Below, piece by piece: positions 13,801 to 27,500 of a stretch of DNA of 64,000 nt. The translations under genes and the position numbers were made by a program. Within the stretch, counting starts at the first letter, position 1; the number at the start of each line of letters is the position of its first letter. Where the stretch lies: contig CM022665.1 of NCBI GenBank assembly GCA_012295275.1, forward strand, positions 26,846,001 to 26,910,000, written 5' to 3'. This stretch comes from Chrysomallon squamiferum (lineage: Eukaryota > Animalia > Mollusca). The notes below the pieces were generated by a model, which searched no databases, was not told the origin of the DNA, and saw only the letters and a list, made by a program, of their open reading frames with translations.

Positions 13801-16800
13801 TTTGAAAAGTAAATAGATCTTCATTTATTTCTTAATAATTAAATTTAATAATTACAAGAATGAATGTTTTGGACATACTAGAATAATAAATACTTTAGGA
13901 ACAATAATGGAATCACTGTAACAAAAATTATAAATATTATTAAAACTGATTTAGAAAAGCTGATACCTATATAATTAACCCTTAACATTCTATTTTTTTT
14001 TAATATTATGATTACAAAATGCACAGTCTTTTTGAGTGTATCGCAGATGACCCTAATATGTTCTAACAAACTTACCATCATGTTCTGCAAGCAGCTTTGA
14101 ATCAGCCATACTGGCCATGATGTTTCCCTGCAGAAACACCAGCCACTCTAAATCACATATCTTGCCAATGACACTTGTGTGATCCTCAAAGCGGCAGTTT
14201 GCTCTCATTACACTGCTGGTCAACATGAAGGAGAACATAAGCTGGTGGTAGGCAAACAAACCCACGCTGACAACTTTGTATATGCTGAATGTTAATCTAT
14301 CTATCATCTTTCTAAGATGCATCTTCAGTTCTTCCAGCTGTGCAGGTGTCATAACTGCATCAGCATCCTGGGAGTTAGTGTCTGGACTGGGTGATCTGGA
14401 CCTGGATCTGGATCTGGATCTGGATCTTGAAGCTATCTCCCTCTGCTTGCTCAAGGAGCTGGAAGGTCTCAGTACCCCAGTGAGGAATTCTGATGAGATT
14501 CCTGGCTGTTTTTCAGCGACACTGGTGATGCACATGGAGAACATATCTTGAAACCAGGATAATGAGAACTGGTACATCACATCAACTGTGGACAAGTCAG
14601 CCAGAACAAAATATAACACAGCCCCTCGAGTAGCAACCTTTTAAAAATAAACATAAATTATCAGATTGTTTTTAAATTACTTGGAATACACATGTTGATT
14701 ATACGATCAGAATACACAAAACTATTCCTCAGTTAACAAAGATTTAAAAAAAAAAAATAATAATAATAATAATAATAATAACAAAATTATAATAATTATA
14801 TATAAAAAGTACCTATAATAATACAAATAATGCAGATGAAAAATCAAATTCAGCTAAAAACTATTTAAATTAATACCATTTTAACATAGTACATAACTAT
14901 ATAAACACATTACTGGTAGATCATTTTTAAATAAAAAAATTCTTTATTTTATGATACTAGTTTGGCAGCAAAATGTAAAGATATTACTGGGAGATATCTG
15001 TTTAAACAAAATATTTCCATATTTTATGACAAAATATAACATTTCTCCATTTTATGACATTAAAATATGAAAAAATTACTCTGAGATATCTAACTATATA
15101 ATGCTATATAAAGAATTTCTCCACTTTATGATGTTCTTATATAAACACATTACTGGAAGATATCTTTTTCTTGCTAGGTTGAGTTTCTTTTCAGTTTCCT
15201 CAGACTGATCTACACGGTCGTAAATCTCCTCAGCCATTACTTTACTTCTATGCAGTGTGTCCACTAGGTCCTGGTCATCCAGGATGTGACCTATTCCAAG
15301 ACAACAAACCATTACATTTTATGTACAGTAGTAAATTTATAAATTAACAATGAACAGCAATCAAATGTTTGCATTGAATAATATATTAATGAATTTGAAT
15401 ACTTCTTATTAATATTGATAGTGATCATGAATGTTAGGTAACTGAGATCAGAAGGGAACTTGATTCAGAGAGATGCTAGTATAATGTTTCATGTTATTTG
15501 CTTTTTTAAATGGGTCTGTGACTATGATAAAGAAAGACAGGTATGCAATGCAGTTATCTTGGAAAAAGAAATATTTATAAATAACTATGAAGAAAAGTTG
15601 AAATATAGCATTAGAGTGACTGATCATTTGTTTAAATAATATAATAATAAATACCAAGAATTTGAATATACTCTTCTAAGTATTTTTGAGGAAAGTTTAA
15701 ATTATTTCTAACATGAAGAGTTCAGTTGTCATTAATATGTAATATTAAACAGTAACTGTAAACAAGTAACTTATCCTGTAATTTAAGTTTTAAAGTTCAA
15801 AAAAAAAAAAAAAAAAAGAATATTAAAAAATGAAAATGAAGAAGAAGAAGAAGAAGAAATTAATCTTATATTTAAAGATCTTGTTTGAATTTAATTTTTT
15901 TTTTTTTTTTTAAATACTTATTGTACTGATAGATATTACTGGAAGTATCAAGATATAAATATTAGAGTTTTAAACCTTCTGATTTGTGAAGAAGTTCGAG
16001 AGATTTGTTTTCAAGATCTCTCAACAGCTGTTTATCACTGGTTATACTTTCTAGAAGGTCCATTCGCTGACTTTCAAGTAGAGGACGTTCCTGTAATGCA
16101 CACAATTAAATATATCCCTTTTAGTATATGTGAAATGCATTTACATTAGATATATGAAAAGTTATGTGCTTAATAGCTCATGATACTGTGAAAAGAATAT
16201 TGACTATTAACACATTCTTACAATGGAGATGAATAGTTATTAAATAATTTGTTTACTGTTTTATGCCTTATTATGTGTGTGTGTCTGTCTGTCCACCTAC
16301 CTATCTATCTGTATGTGTAAGTCTGTTGATCTATCTCATATTCTTATTCATATATATTCAAATATATAAAGGAAGAGAGAAAATGTTTTGATTACAGTTA
16401 TATGATACTGGACATGTGTGCAAGAATCACTCAGATAATGAGAGAGTAAACCTGCTGCCTCATTTCAAGGGCTACTCTTTCCAATTAGCAGCAATATATC
16501 TTTAATATGCACACTCTCACTGACAAGTTGTGGAGCACTGGCTGGAATGGGAAACTAGCTCAATGGGTCAATCAAAAGTGATTAATCTGATGACCAACCA
16601 CACCTTTTAAGGACAGCCTCTGCCATTGAGCTATATTCCATTCCTCAAATAAATCAAAATTAAAAAATTATTATATTTAAAAAAACAACAACATTTAATG
16701 AATAATGTTGTGAGAGTTATTCTAACCTGTTTGACTACAGAAGACAACAGCTGTTCTTGAAGTCCATCAAAGGTGACAGTGAAGTTGATTATGTTCACTC

Positions 16801-19800
16801 CAATGAAAACTGAGGGAAGATAGTGAGGATTGGCCATTGACGTTGCCAAATACAACCTACATTAGAAATTAAAACATCAAAATATTATTATAAAAAAAAA
16901 AAAAATAGAAAAAGGTTTAATAACATTTAACTTCAAAATTTATAAACATTTCTAAAACATTTCTGATTTTATTCCTTCATAAAGTTCTGTTTCTACTGTT
17001 TACAAACAATATCTACTTTCTATAAAAGTAAAATATTATTTTCTGACAATAAAAGTTTATAATTATCCTATAAACATGAAAGTTTGTTTTTATTTACAAC
17101 AATATCTTAAAAATGAGATATTAAAAGAAAATGATGTAAGGTTACCTGAAGTTCTGGTTGTACTCAATTTCAGTTTCTCCAATCACAATTATAAGATGCC
17201 CTCCTCTCTGAAACGTTTGATGTGCAATAACTGGTCGTAGTGCTGGGTCAAGGTATTCACCAACTTCCTGAAATTTAATCAAATAAATATTTTAAAAAAT
17301 CACTAATTATTTTATGTTTGATTTCTAGTTTTAATTTTTATTTTGCTAACATGAAATTGTTTCTGTTTTTTTTTGTTTTGTTATTAATCAAGTTTGATTT
17401 GAAATTTCATTCAGAAATAGTCCGTTTATTTTTGCCAGCATGATACAAAGTATCAGCTGTCTGCCGAATTCCCCAGCTGTAAAGAGTGCATTAAAAATTA
17501 ACTATTTAATCAATGAAAAGATACATGGTCCTAATATTAACTTTTAAAGACATGTTCATTATTCAGTGTCCTTAAATAAAAACAAAATGAAAAGTGTATT
17601 AAAATAATCTTATTTCCTTTATATTAAAAAAAGAGAACAAGAAAATAAAAAATTTAATTATTACCAAAACAAGTACAGGAGCACCAACTCTTATGGCAGT
17701 TTCAACAGTTCTCATAAGATGAGGATCTGTAGCAGAAACTGATTTCAGTCTAGTACCTTCCATTTCTCGAACCCAGCTAGATTAAAATAGACAATGCTTT
17801 GTATGACAGTCATAAGGAAAATATCACATGTCAGATTCATTCAGTGCATAAATTAATTTCCTTATCAAAAATAAGTGCTAATTAGTGATTAATAATAATG
17901 AATAATAAAACAGTAAGCAAACCTTTTAATTAACGATGATGATGATGATGATAATGATGATGGTAATAAAAACAAACAACAATGAACACATAAAAGACAT
18001 TTAAGTTCAGGATAAACATACTTGACTGCCTGTCCCTGGGGGTCAATCAACAGTGGCCATTTTCTGGCTTTCTTCACAAAGACAGCATTCTCTGTGGAGT
18101 GGGTGTCACGTGGTAAACCCCCAGTCTGCCATTTCATTACCTAAACAACAATATAACAGAAAGCAAATGTTTTAATATCAGTCTGATCTATTTTTAATTT
18201 TTAACATTCTTCTTTAAAAGCAGTCAACCTAATAATGTGAAATTAAAAGTAAAGTTCACTAACAGATATCACTGAAACAAAATTTCATTATCTTTGAAAT
18301 GAATGCTACTTTTTATTATTTAAAATTCATAAAGGCTTTTCTCATTTTATTCCTTTAATTCCCAGATTCATTATTATTTATGGCTTTTATTGTTTACACA
18401 CAAAATCCGCTTCTGTAAAGAGTTATCAGAAAATACTAGCATTGTTTAAAATGATAATGCATGTAAAAAAAACACGATTAGAAATTTTACTTAAAAAACA
18501 ACTGTTTTAGAAAATTAACCATACTTAAATCCAGCTAATTTGTATCTAGTAATTCAAGAATCAACAAAAAACTGTTTTGAAGCAAGACTACATTTTCAAC
18601 AACTTGTGCCTCTAAAACAACTATTATTTAAAAACAATAAACTATATAACCTATAATTGAATTTAAAACAAAAAAATTAAAATTAAATATCTGTTGCACT
18701 TACAGTGTTTGCATCAACCATGTTCATAACAAGATCAAAGTCTTCAGAAATTGGAATATTATTTTTAACACACTGGTCTATCCACTTTTCTAACAGGTAT
18801 TTGCGGTACTTTGCCGTGAATGCTCCCAAGTAGGCTACTGCTGCTGCTGACACAAGGGTGTCGCCAACAACTCCCTGAAGTTTGACATCCAGTTGTTTTA
18901 CAGAATCAGCCCAACGAACCTGTAGTTAGAAAATATTTGTTAATATAATACAGAGAATTGTAAATTTAACAGACCTCAATTCAACAGCTTCTTTATTTAG
19001 TTAGATTCAAATAATTGGCAGACTAATTCCTTTAGACATAAAGAAAGCTCTTGAGTTTCTTTGCAACAGCACCTGCCTTCTCTAATTCATGTGATATTTT
19101 ATAGATTGTGCTAGATGTGGATTTTGTGGATGCTAATGCATCTTTTAGTGACTGCAATTGTAAAATTTTTAAATTAAACATTTCACATTAGAATATTGCA
19201 CTTTTATTTATTTCAAATCAATTTGTACATAATACTATTCAAATAATATTTCTGTTTAATCAGCTTGTACACATGATTAATGAAAAAAAAAAGCCATACA
19301 AATGAATAACTGCAAATGTTAAGATCTGTAAAACATGAAATCGTGTAATTAAATGATTTTAATATATAAATTTGTAAAGATTAAATGTATGTAGATGAAA
19401 TGACCTTCTCATCAGCAAGTGCAGAGATGAGAACTGAGGCTCTCTTTAATCGAAGAGCTGTTGTTTTCTTGCGTTCTTTCAAAGCCTCTCGCTGGTTCAC
19501 ACTATCCTGATACTGTTGTTGTATCAACTTCAGATGATTCTCAATCTACAATGTTGATTTTAAAATTAGTTTTCAAACCATTCAAATCTGAATAACAATC
19601 TATTATACAGTAATATCAAAAGGTTTCCACACATCTTCATTTTTATAATATCTGCTAAAAAGTTAAATCTACTCAAATGTGGCTGTGATCAGTTTTGTAT
19701 AGCACATATCACCAAAACATTCTGTAAAAATTACAGATTATTTATATTTAATTTTATTTTTTGGGTAAATGAATCACACTTCTGAATTATCAGGTATTAT

Positions 19801-22800
19801 AAATGAGCCTTCAATAATAGGGAGTCTTTGTAGATAGTTTTCTTGGTTTGAGGAGCAGAACTAAATTATGTTAAGGAATTTAAAAATAATAATTTACCTT
19901 TCTAAGACTGGCCTGTTTTTTAGCAAGGTGATCTTCAGCTAGACTGAGAGCCTCCTTTGCCTCTTCAACTCTTTTCTGTTTTGGTTTCACCATCTAAAGT
20001 TTGAATTAAACAAAAATAACATATCTATTACAACTATATTACATCATTTAAGGTGATAATTCACTCACTCAAACTAAATACTCTGTATTACAATCAAACA
20101 ATATCTTTAATTTTCAAATTATATCACTGTCTAAATATCTCAACACAAACTGTTAAATGATACTCTTTTCGATTTTGGGAAATATTATTAATTTAAGTAA
20201 GTTAATTATAAAAAGAAAATGCCATATAATTGATCTTTTCAGTTTATAAAACTTTTAATTAAAATAGCATAGTTGTTGTTTTCATCTGTTATTACCTTGT
20301 ACACATCATTGTAATGTTCTAGAGCTAGAACCCACTCACAAATGGATCGACACGCCTCTGATACTTTCCCCACAGTATCAGCATTGAAATGTGGATGTTT
20401 TGTGTATTTTTTTAACTTTATGAACACCTGTAACAAAACATAAAGAAATTTAAATACGAGAATAAAATAGCAGCTGCTAATGATAAATAAATACATTATA
20501 TCTGTTTATTTTACAATCCAGGACAGTGAATGATATGAAAGCCAAAAGTAATCAAAATGGTTGAATTTATATCTGTACTTTTGAATATATTAATATATAA
20601 GGATATTTGTCAAAAGAATGAATTCTTTTTAAATTTAGCTGAATCTAAAATATAAACAAGATTTAAAAATTTTAAAATTAGTAATATAGTTGCAAATAAA
20701 CTGTATTACTTTTACTTCTAATATCATGATTGTTATTTTAAAGAAGTTGATGTTTAAAATACCCTGTCAGGCAGACTGTTTTTGTCAAACTGTAGAAGTT
20801 TTTTCAGAAAGCCTGGATCATTCAACATCTGTCTGGCAGTGGCCCAGTCTGGTTTCTTCTGAAACAGTACACACACAGCAGCCATTACAGTTTCCACAAG
20901 TACGGGTGGTTTTGTGTACACTCTGAAAATAAATAAACAATACTATTAATAAATAACTAAATAACTAAATAATGTGTGTGTGTGTTTATATTTATGAATG
21001 AAAATATATGTGTGTGTCTGTGTGTATGTTATAAATTAAAAATTACAAATGTAAACATGAAAAATTACATTTGTTTTTTTTTTTTTTTTTTTTTTTTTAT
21101 ATCATTTATAAAAAATATATTAAATAATGGAATATTAATAGATTTAAATATATTTAAAAAATGGTTTTATTATTATTTTTAAATTGTGTTATCTGGTAAA
21201 GAAACTTGTTGAATTTTGGTTTAATTTTACAGCTTAATTTTAATAACAGAAGAATATAAATATAACCTGATTTCTGATATTGATGCTTTGTCCAGTGTTT
21301 CTAAAGATGCTATGGCTGTTTGTAAAGCAGGCAACACAGAGGCCAAATCTTTGTGACATTCCTAGTTTTAAAAGAAACACAAAAAAACAACCAGTTTTAA
21401 AACCAGTGAAGACTTTAAAAAATATGTTTAATAAGCAGTCTAAAAACTAAAATGTGTATCTCTTAATATAATAAACTGGCTAAAAATTAAAACGTGTTTT
21501 TCATAATACAATAAACTGCCCAAAAAGTTAAAAAAAATTTTCATCATATAAAAAACAGTGAAAAAACTAAAATGTGTTTCTCTTTATATAACAAATAAGT
21601 TAAAACACTTACTTCAGCATAATCTTGCACAATCTGTGTTTCTTTCTTCATAATGGTTTCCTCTTCTTCCACAATTTTACGAACCTGCTCCACTGCTTCT
21701 TGATCTTTTTCCAGCTGAACCAGCAAAATGTCTGTGTCCTGTGTTATTTCAAAACATACTTACTATTCTCAAAACAATTTAAAAGTCTTTATGAAACAAC
21801 ATATAACAAGATTCAGTTCTCAACATAAAAATCAGTGCAACAAATGCCAATAATAATAGTAATAATAATAATAATAATAACAACACAACAACAATAATAA
21901 TAACAACAACAACAATAAATAAATACAAATTATAATAAAAAATAAATAAAAATAAAAACCCAAACAGCTGACGTGGAAATGCAATTATCGTGGACATAAC
22001 AGATAAAAAAAAATGCTATATGATGAAACTAAAATTAAAATATAACTGTTTTTGTTAAATAAAATATTTTATTTCATATATATAATTGTAATATAATTTA
22101 ATTTTTTTAATTATTTTTTTTTTTTTTTAGTTTTCTAATATGAAATAACAAAGATGACTTTTTATATTTTTTATAATGTTAATGTTTTATTAGTATGACA
22201 AAAGACTTTTTTAATCATGATTCTTTACTTACTGCAGCTTTTTCTTCAATTTTAGGACCCAGGGAGACAAGTTCTTCTTGCATGATACCCACCAAGTCAT
22301 TGGCCTCTGACAATTTTGACAGTCCCACTTGTAAACGTTCTCTAAAAACAAACAACAGACACATAAATTACTACCATCTTTTCTTTCTCTTCTAAATTTA
22401 AATAAAATAACACATTTTCATGTTTTTTGGACATTATCATAAATTTAAAATCAATTCAGAATATTTTTATCAACAAACTACCACTAAATTTCATTTGTTT
22501 ATGTTGGACAAAAAAACTTAAAAAAACAAAAACAAAAACAAAAAAAAATAAAAATTATATAAATTTTAATGTAATAGAATTTAGTATTTAATTATTAGGG
22601 CTAAAATATCATAAATTTCTTACTAATAAAATCTAGCATAATTTTGTATGTAATAAAGTCTGTTTATACTATAAACAATACTATAAATTTATATGTAAGA
22701 GAATCTAGTATTTACTTATAAGGACTACAACATCATAAATTTATATGAAACAGAATCTAGTGTCTACTTATTAGGACCATACCCCCATGAATTTTTATGT

Positions 22801-24446
22801 CATAAATCTTACTTACTAGAGCTACAACACTATAAATGTGTAAATAATGTATTTACTTATTGCTACTGAGTTCTGTCTTGTTGTCATTCAACATTCTGGT
22901 GTAGAGTTTGATCAGTTCCATGTAACTGCTGGGTGTTGTGTAGTAGTGGCGTCGCATCTCTTGCCAGTAGCGATCTGCTGTGTCTACAATCATCTGTTGT
23001 ATATCCACACACACATGGGCAACCTTTCCCTTCAATTCCTTGAAAATTAAAATAAAAAAGAATCATTGTAAAAATAGAAAGAAAAACCACCCATACAAGT
23101 AATATTTAAAACAGAGAAAAACATTTTCCCATCAATCTTTCATTTTCATGTTACTTCCCATATATTCAGTAACTAATTTTTATCATGTTTAAATTTTTTT
23201 TTTTTTATGTCATATACAATTTGATTTGTACATCTACCACCCTGCACAAAAATATATATAAATTAAATAATAATAAATAAATAGAATAGAGGAGAATAGA
23301 AAAGAATAAAATAAAATAATAAAAAATAAAAATAAAAATGTGCACCTCAATATTATATTTTGGATCAGCTATAAACTCAGCATTTCCAAAAAACACCTGT
23401 GCCACACTGTACATAGCCTCATCACTCCAGTTGTCATACCAGTCTATAGTGCAGCAGTTGATGAGTGCCGGATTCATTCTACAGCGATGTCGGAAGACTC
23501 CTCCTGCTGGGCTCATTGTTAATACGACATGGAGATTTCTGTGAACTCTCTGCAGGAAGAACTGATAAACTGCAGCTTTAGTGTCAGGAACCTCAGCTTC
23601 AGATGCTGCTCCCTTTAAGTCCATTGTGATACCATCAAGTTCTTCATTGTCAAACAAATCTGGCACCTCGCCTGAGTTCAGAATACAGTTGACATCTTCC
23701 AGAAAACTTTCCTAATAATAAAAACACGATTTTGAAAATGTTATAACAGTAATCTTTAATTTGACAGATAAGATTTACAGTTAAACGAGGCACTGTTACC
23801 TGCTGTAGTGTAGTGAAAGATTGAAGTGCTGGAGGTGGTATGAAATAGCTCAATGCCTAGGATACATGTATTAATATGGCCATGCAAGAAATGATTATTG
23901 AAGTAATAATTATTAATTCTCTTTATTATTTTTAAAATGTAATATTATTATTATAAATCTGTGACTATTTCATAATACTTTACTGACTTCTTCCATATAT
24001 TACACTTATTAATTCAACAATTAAAAATAACAATGATGCATACTTTTACGATATCTGAATCAGTTAAAAGAAAAGCTGTGTTCTTGTTGTGGACGCCACT
24101 TTTGAGAAACACTTTTTTCAAATCATCACGGAATTCAGGAATGTTGTAAGATTTGTGCAATGTCAGACGAAACAGTTCACATTCAGAAATATGAGCAGCT
24201 AGGTTTACTATTGTTGATTTTCCTGTTCCATCCATACCAACCTGAAAATATGAATTTTACTTTAAACATTCTTATATTGGCACGGATGAACACCCTTTCT
24301 AGGTGAAAAACTGTTAACAATAATAATTACAGCTGGGTTTTTTGACTGATTAATTATTATTATGGAGTGTTAATTGTAAAATTGAGAAAACCAGCTATCA
24401 CTTAAAGCCAGTTTATTAATAATAATTAATAATAATAAATTTTAAA

Positions 24447-24522
<76 letters not shown>

Positions 24523-27500
24523 CAATTTAAAAAATTAAAATTGATTCAAATGGAGAAAATAAATTCAAAACTTACCAAAAGTAGATGGCCACCTGGTTGT
24601 CTGAAAACTCGAGAAGCTCTCAGAATATGTTCAACTGCATCTTTGAAAAACACAAACTGGGTTGACTAAAGAAAGAGAATTAAAAGTTAAAACAGGAATA
24701 AAACAACAGAAACCAAAATTATAAAACTTTACACATTAGTTAATCATAAAGATTAAGTTAATAGCATCTCTTAAAAATGTAAACTAATTAATATTTTTAA
24801 GACAAAGTACTGGCAAAATTACAAAAACAAAGAAAAACACTCCCCATTTGTGATTGGTGGGAATAAAATCAGACAATTGCTATTTCTATACATATTTTTG
24901 TTCTTATTTCAAATTCAAGTTAGTAACAAATAATAAATATGTAAACATAAAGTTGTCATGATAAAATGCTACAAGATGTCAAAATCAGAATGACCGTTTG
25001 AGGGAAGAAATAACCAGTTATCTCGCTGGAGGTTAGTCTTAGTAATTTTACATTCAGCTCCACATAGAGAGAAAAGCACATCAATTTTTACACATTAGTC
25101 ACGTACAACAGTTTAAAATGATAAACACCCATACAAATCATATGGGAAATAAAATATGTTAAAAATTAAAAACAAATGACTGTAATTAGTATTATGTCTT
25201 ATCGGGTATCAGCTCATCAGTTATTTGTAAAAGATGATGACATGAAAGAAGAAACCTGCATGCCTTTGGCTACTCTCATGTAGGACAGCTATCAAAACAA
25301 AGTATTCTTACTTCAGAATTCCCATATGACATCCTCATGTAGAGTTCTTCCAGGACTCTGGACAGCTTGTTGTAGTCTGATATTGGTTTATAGATGTGTT
25401 TGCTTGTCTCTTCATCCAAGTCAAAGAAATCACCAAACAGAACTGATTCATTCATTAACTTTTCTGCAGACCATGTCACCTGTGATGAATTAATTATGTT
25501 AGACAAATGTTTCCATGTGGCTCATGGCTTATTAAGTATATTAAACTGTTTATGCTAACTTTAGAACTTTTTTTATTTTTATTTTTATTTTTTGGCTTAG
25601 TTAAGCTATTATGTTTATGTCAACAGAAATCACTATTTCCACAACAGCTAAAAAGAATGTACAGAACAGGGTTTTTTTAATATAAATTATTACTTTTCAT
25701 TATTTTCTTTTTGCTCAGTAAAAGGCTATTTAAATTAATTGTTGTTTCCACAACAGCTTAAAATATATATATATAGAATTTAATTTTTTATTTTTTTTAA
25801 ATATATTACTTCTATTTATTTTCTTTTTGCTCATTAAAAAGCTATTTAAGTTTTAAAGCTTAAAATGTAAAAAAAATAATAAAAAAAACTATATATTCAC
25901 ATATTCATTAATAATTTCTCCAGTGGAATAAAGTCTACATTTGCCAAAGGTAAAGCCTCTTGAAATAGTTGTTATAATTTGTCCTAAAATTTTTATTTTT
26001 ATTTTTTGAAAAAAATAAATAAATATGTACTGATAATAACAATAACAGAAATAACAGCAACAACAACAGAAATTAAAAACAAAACAAGTAAAAAAAGAAA
26101 AAAATTACATTTTCAAAAATTGAAATATACTTAGCATGTACCTTGAAGTAATCATGCAAGTTGTCTGAGAGAATCTGGTTGAAAATGAGCCTGTCCTCAT
26201 TATTGATGAGTCGATCATGGAAAACTCTGGTTGCTTCATGAGCAAACAGCTGAGCACAGTGATCTTTACTGACAATCACTGAGTTGTGAGCCTGCAGAAG
26301 TCCTTGAATCACCTGTAACAATCCAAACTTGTAATAACAAAAAAAATATTTCTTTTTATCTTTTACCATTAACGCTTAATGAGAAATTCCAAAATGATAA
26401 TAACTTTAAAAAAATGAAAACAATGAATGATTCTAGGAATGTATACTGAATGATAATCAGTATCACAAAGACAGGTGAAATTATCTTATAATTTATTTTA
26501 GAAAATTAACCCTTTGAGACTTCAATACATAACAATCTGTATGCAACCAAAATGCAGTTATGACTTCAGTACTGAATAATCAGTAATCAGGGTTTCTGCT
26601 TTAAAATATCAACCAATCAGCTTGACAAATAAAACTGTCTGCTATCCAATAACAGATCAAGACATGAAATTATTCATTAACTGGCATAATTATACTGTAA
26701 AAGCATTGGTTTTATCCAAAATATGTAAGCTTGAAAGGGTTAAAGGATAACTGTATTTCAAAATGTTTTATAATTAAGAAAAAACAATTTAAGGTATTAA
26801 ACCAACAGTAAGCAAAAACACAACAGATAAGTTTGCTTTGAATAATTAGTACAGCCTCCAAATTAATTAATTTTTGAACTGTTATGATAGAATATGTTTC
26901 TAAATATGTTTTAAGACGGTAAGAGACAAGAAACAAATATTATTATTTTTGTTGTTTTACTTTTATGATGCACAACTTAAACATTATTCAGAAAAAATGA
27001 AAATCTAAATTAACAATTACTTTAACAAAAACTTTAAAAAAAAAAGAAGAAATGTTTTAAATAATAAAAAAAAAAACACAAACACCCCCCCAAAAAAATC
27101 CCAAAAAACATATGTTTTACAACACAAAAAGTTTCAAACCTTTGACAAATCTCGAATGTTGAATGTATAATGTGACTTGGTGGGGGTGGGCAACATACTA
27201 CCGATCATGCGGTAGTACACAGCAATGCTAGCTGACACAAATGAGAAAACACAATCTGTGACTTCTGGCATGAACTCTCCTTCTTGTAAGAAGCGTCCTA
27301 ACTGAACCTGGTATATGTGTTGCAGTGAGCGTGTGGAGGGGGTCGGCAGTGCCAGCATGCTGTTGTGTGAATACATGCCACAAGTGAACAACATTGTAAA
27401 TAATAAGAAATGCAGAACAACATAAATTTACTCACTTTATTAAGGTATAAAAATAAAATTTAAATAATTTTATGAAGAACATAACTGCTTTCAATTATAT

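Noticed and set aside
16575-16640. tRNA gene
   Set aside because: Only the A-box is recognisable, no cloverleaf forms, and it is the head of a SINE
23800-23802. Possible 3-nt microexon (actacag|CAG|gtaaca)
   Set aside because: It would insert Gln into the conserved IVKESFLED segment; likely a chance motif
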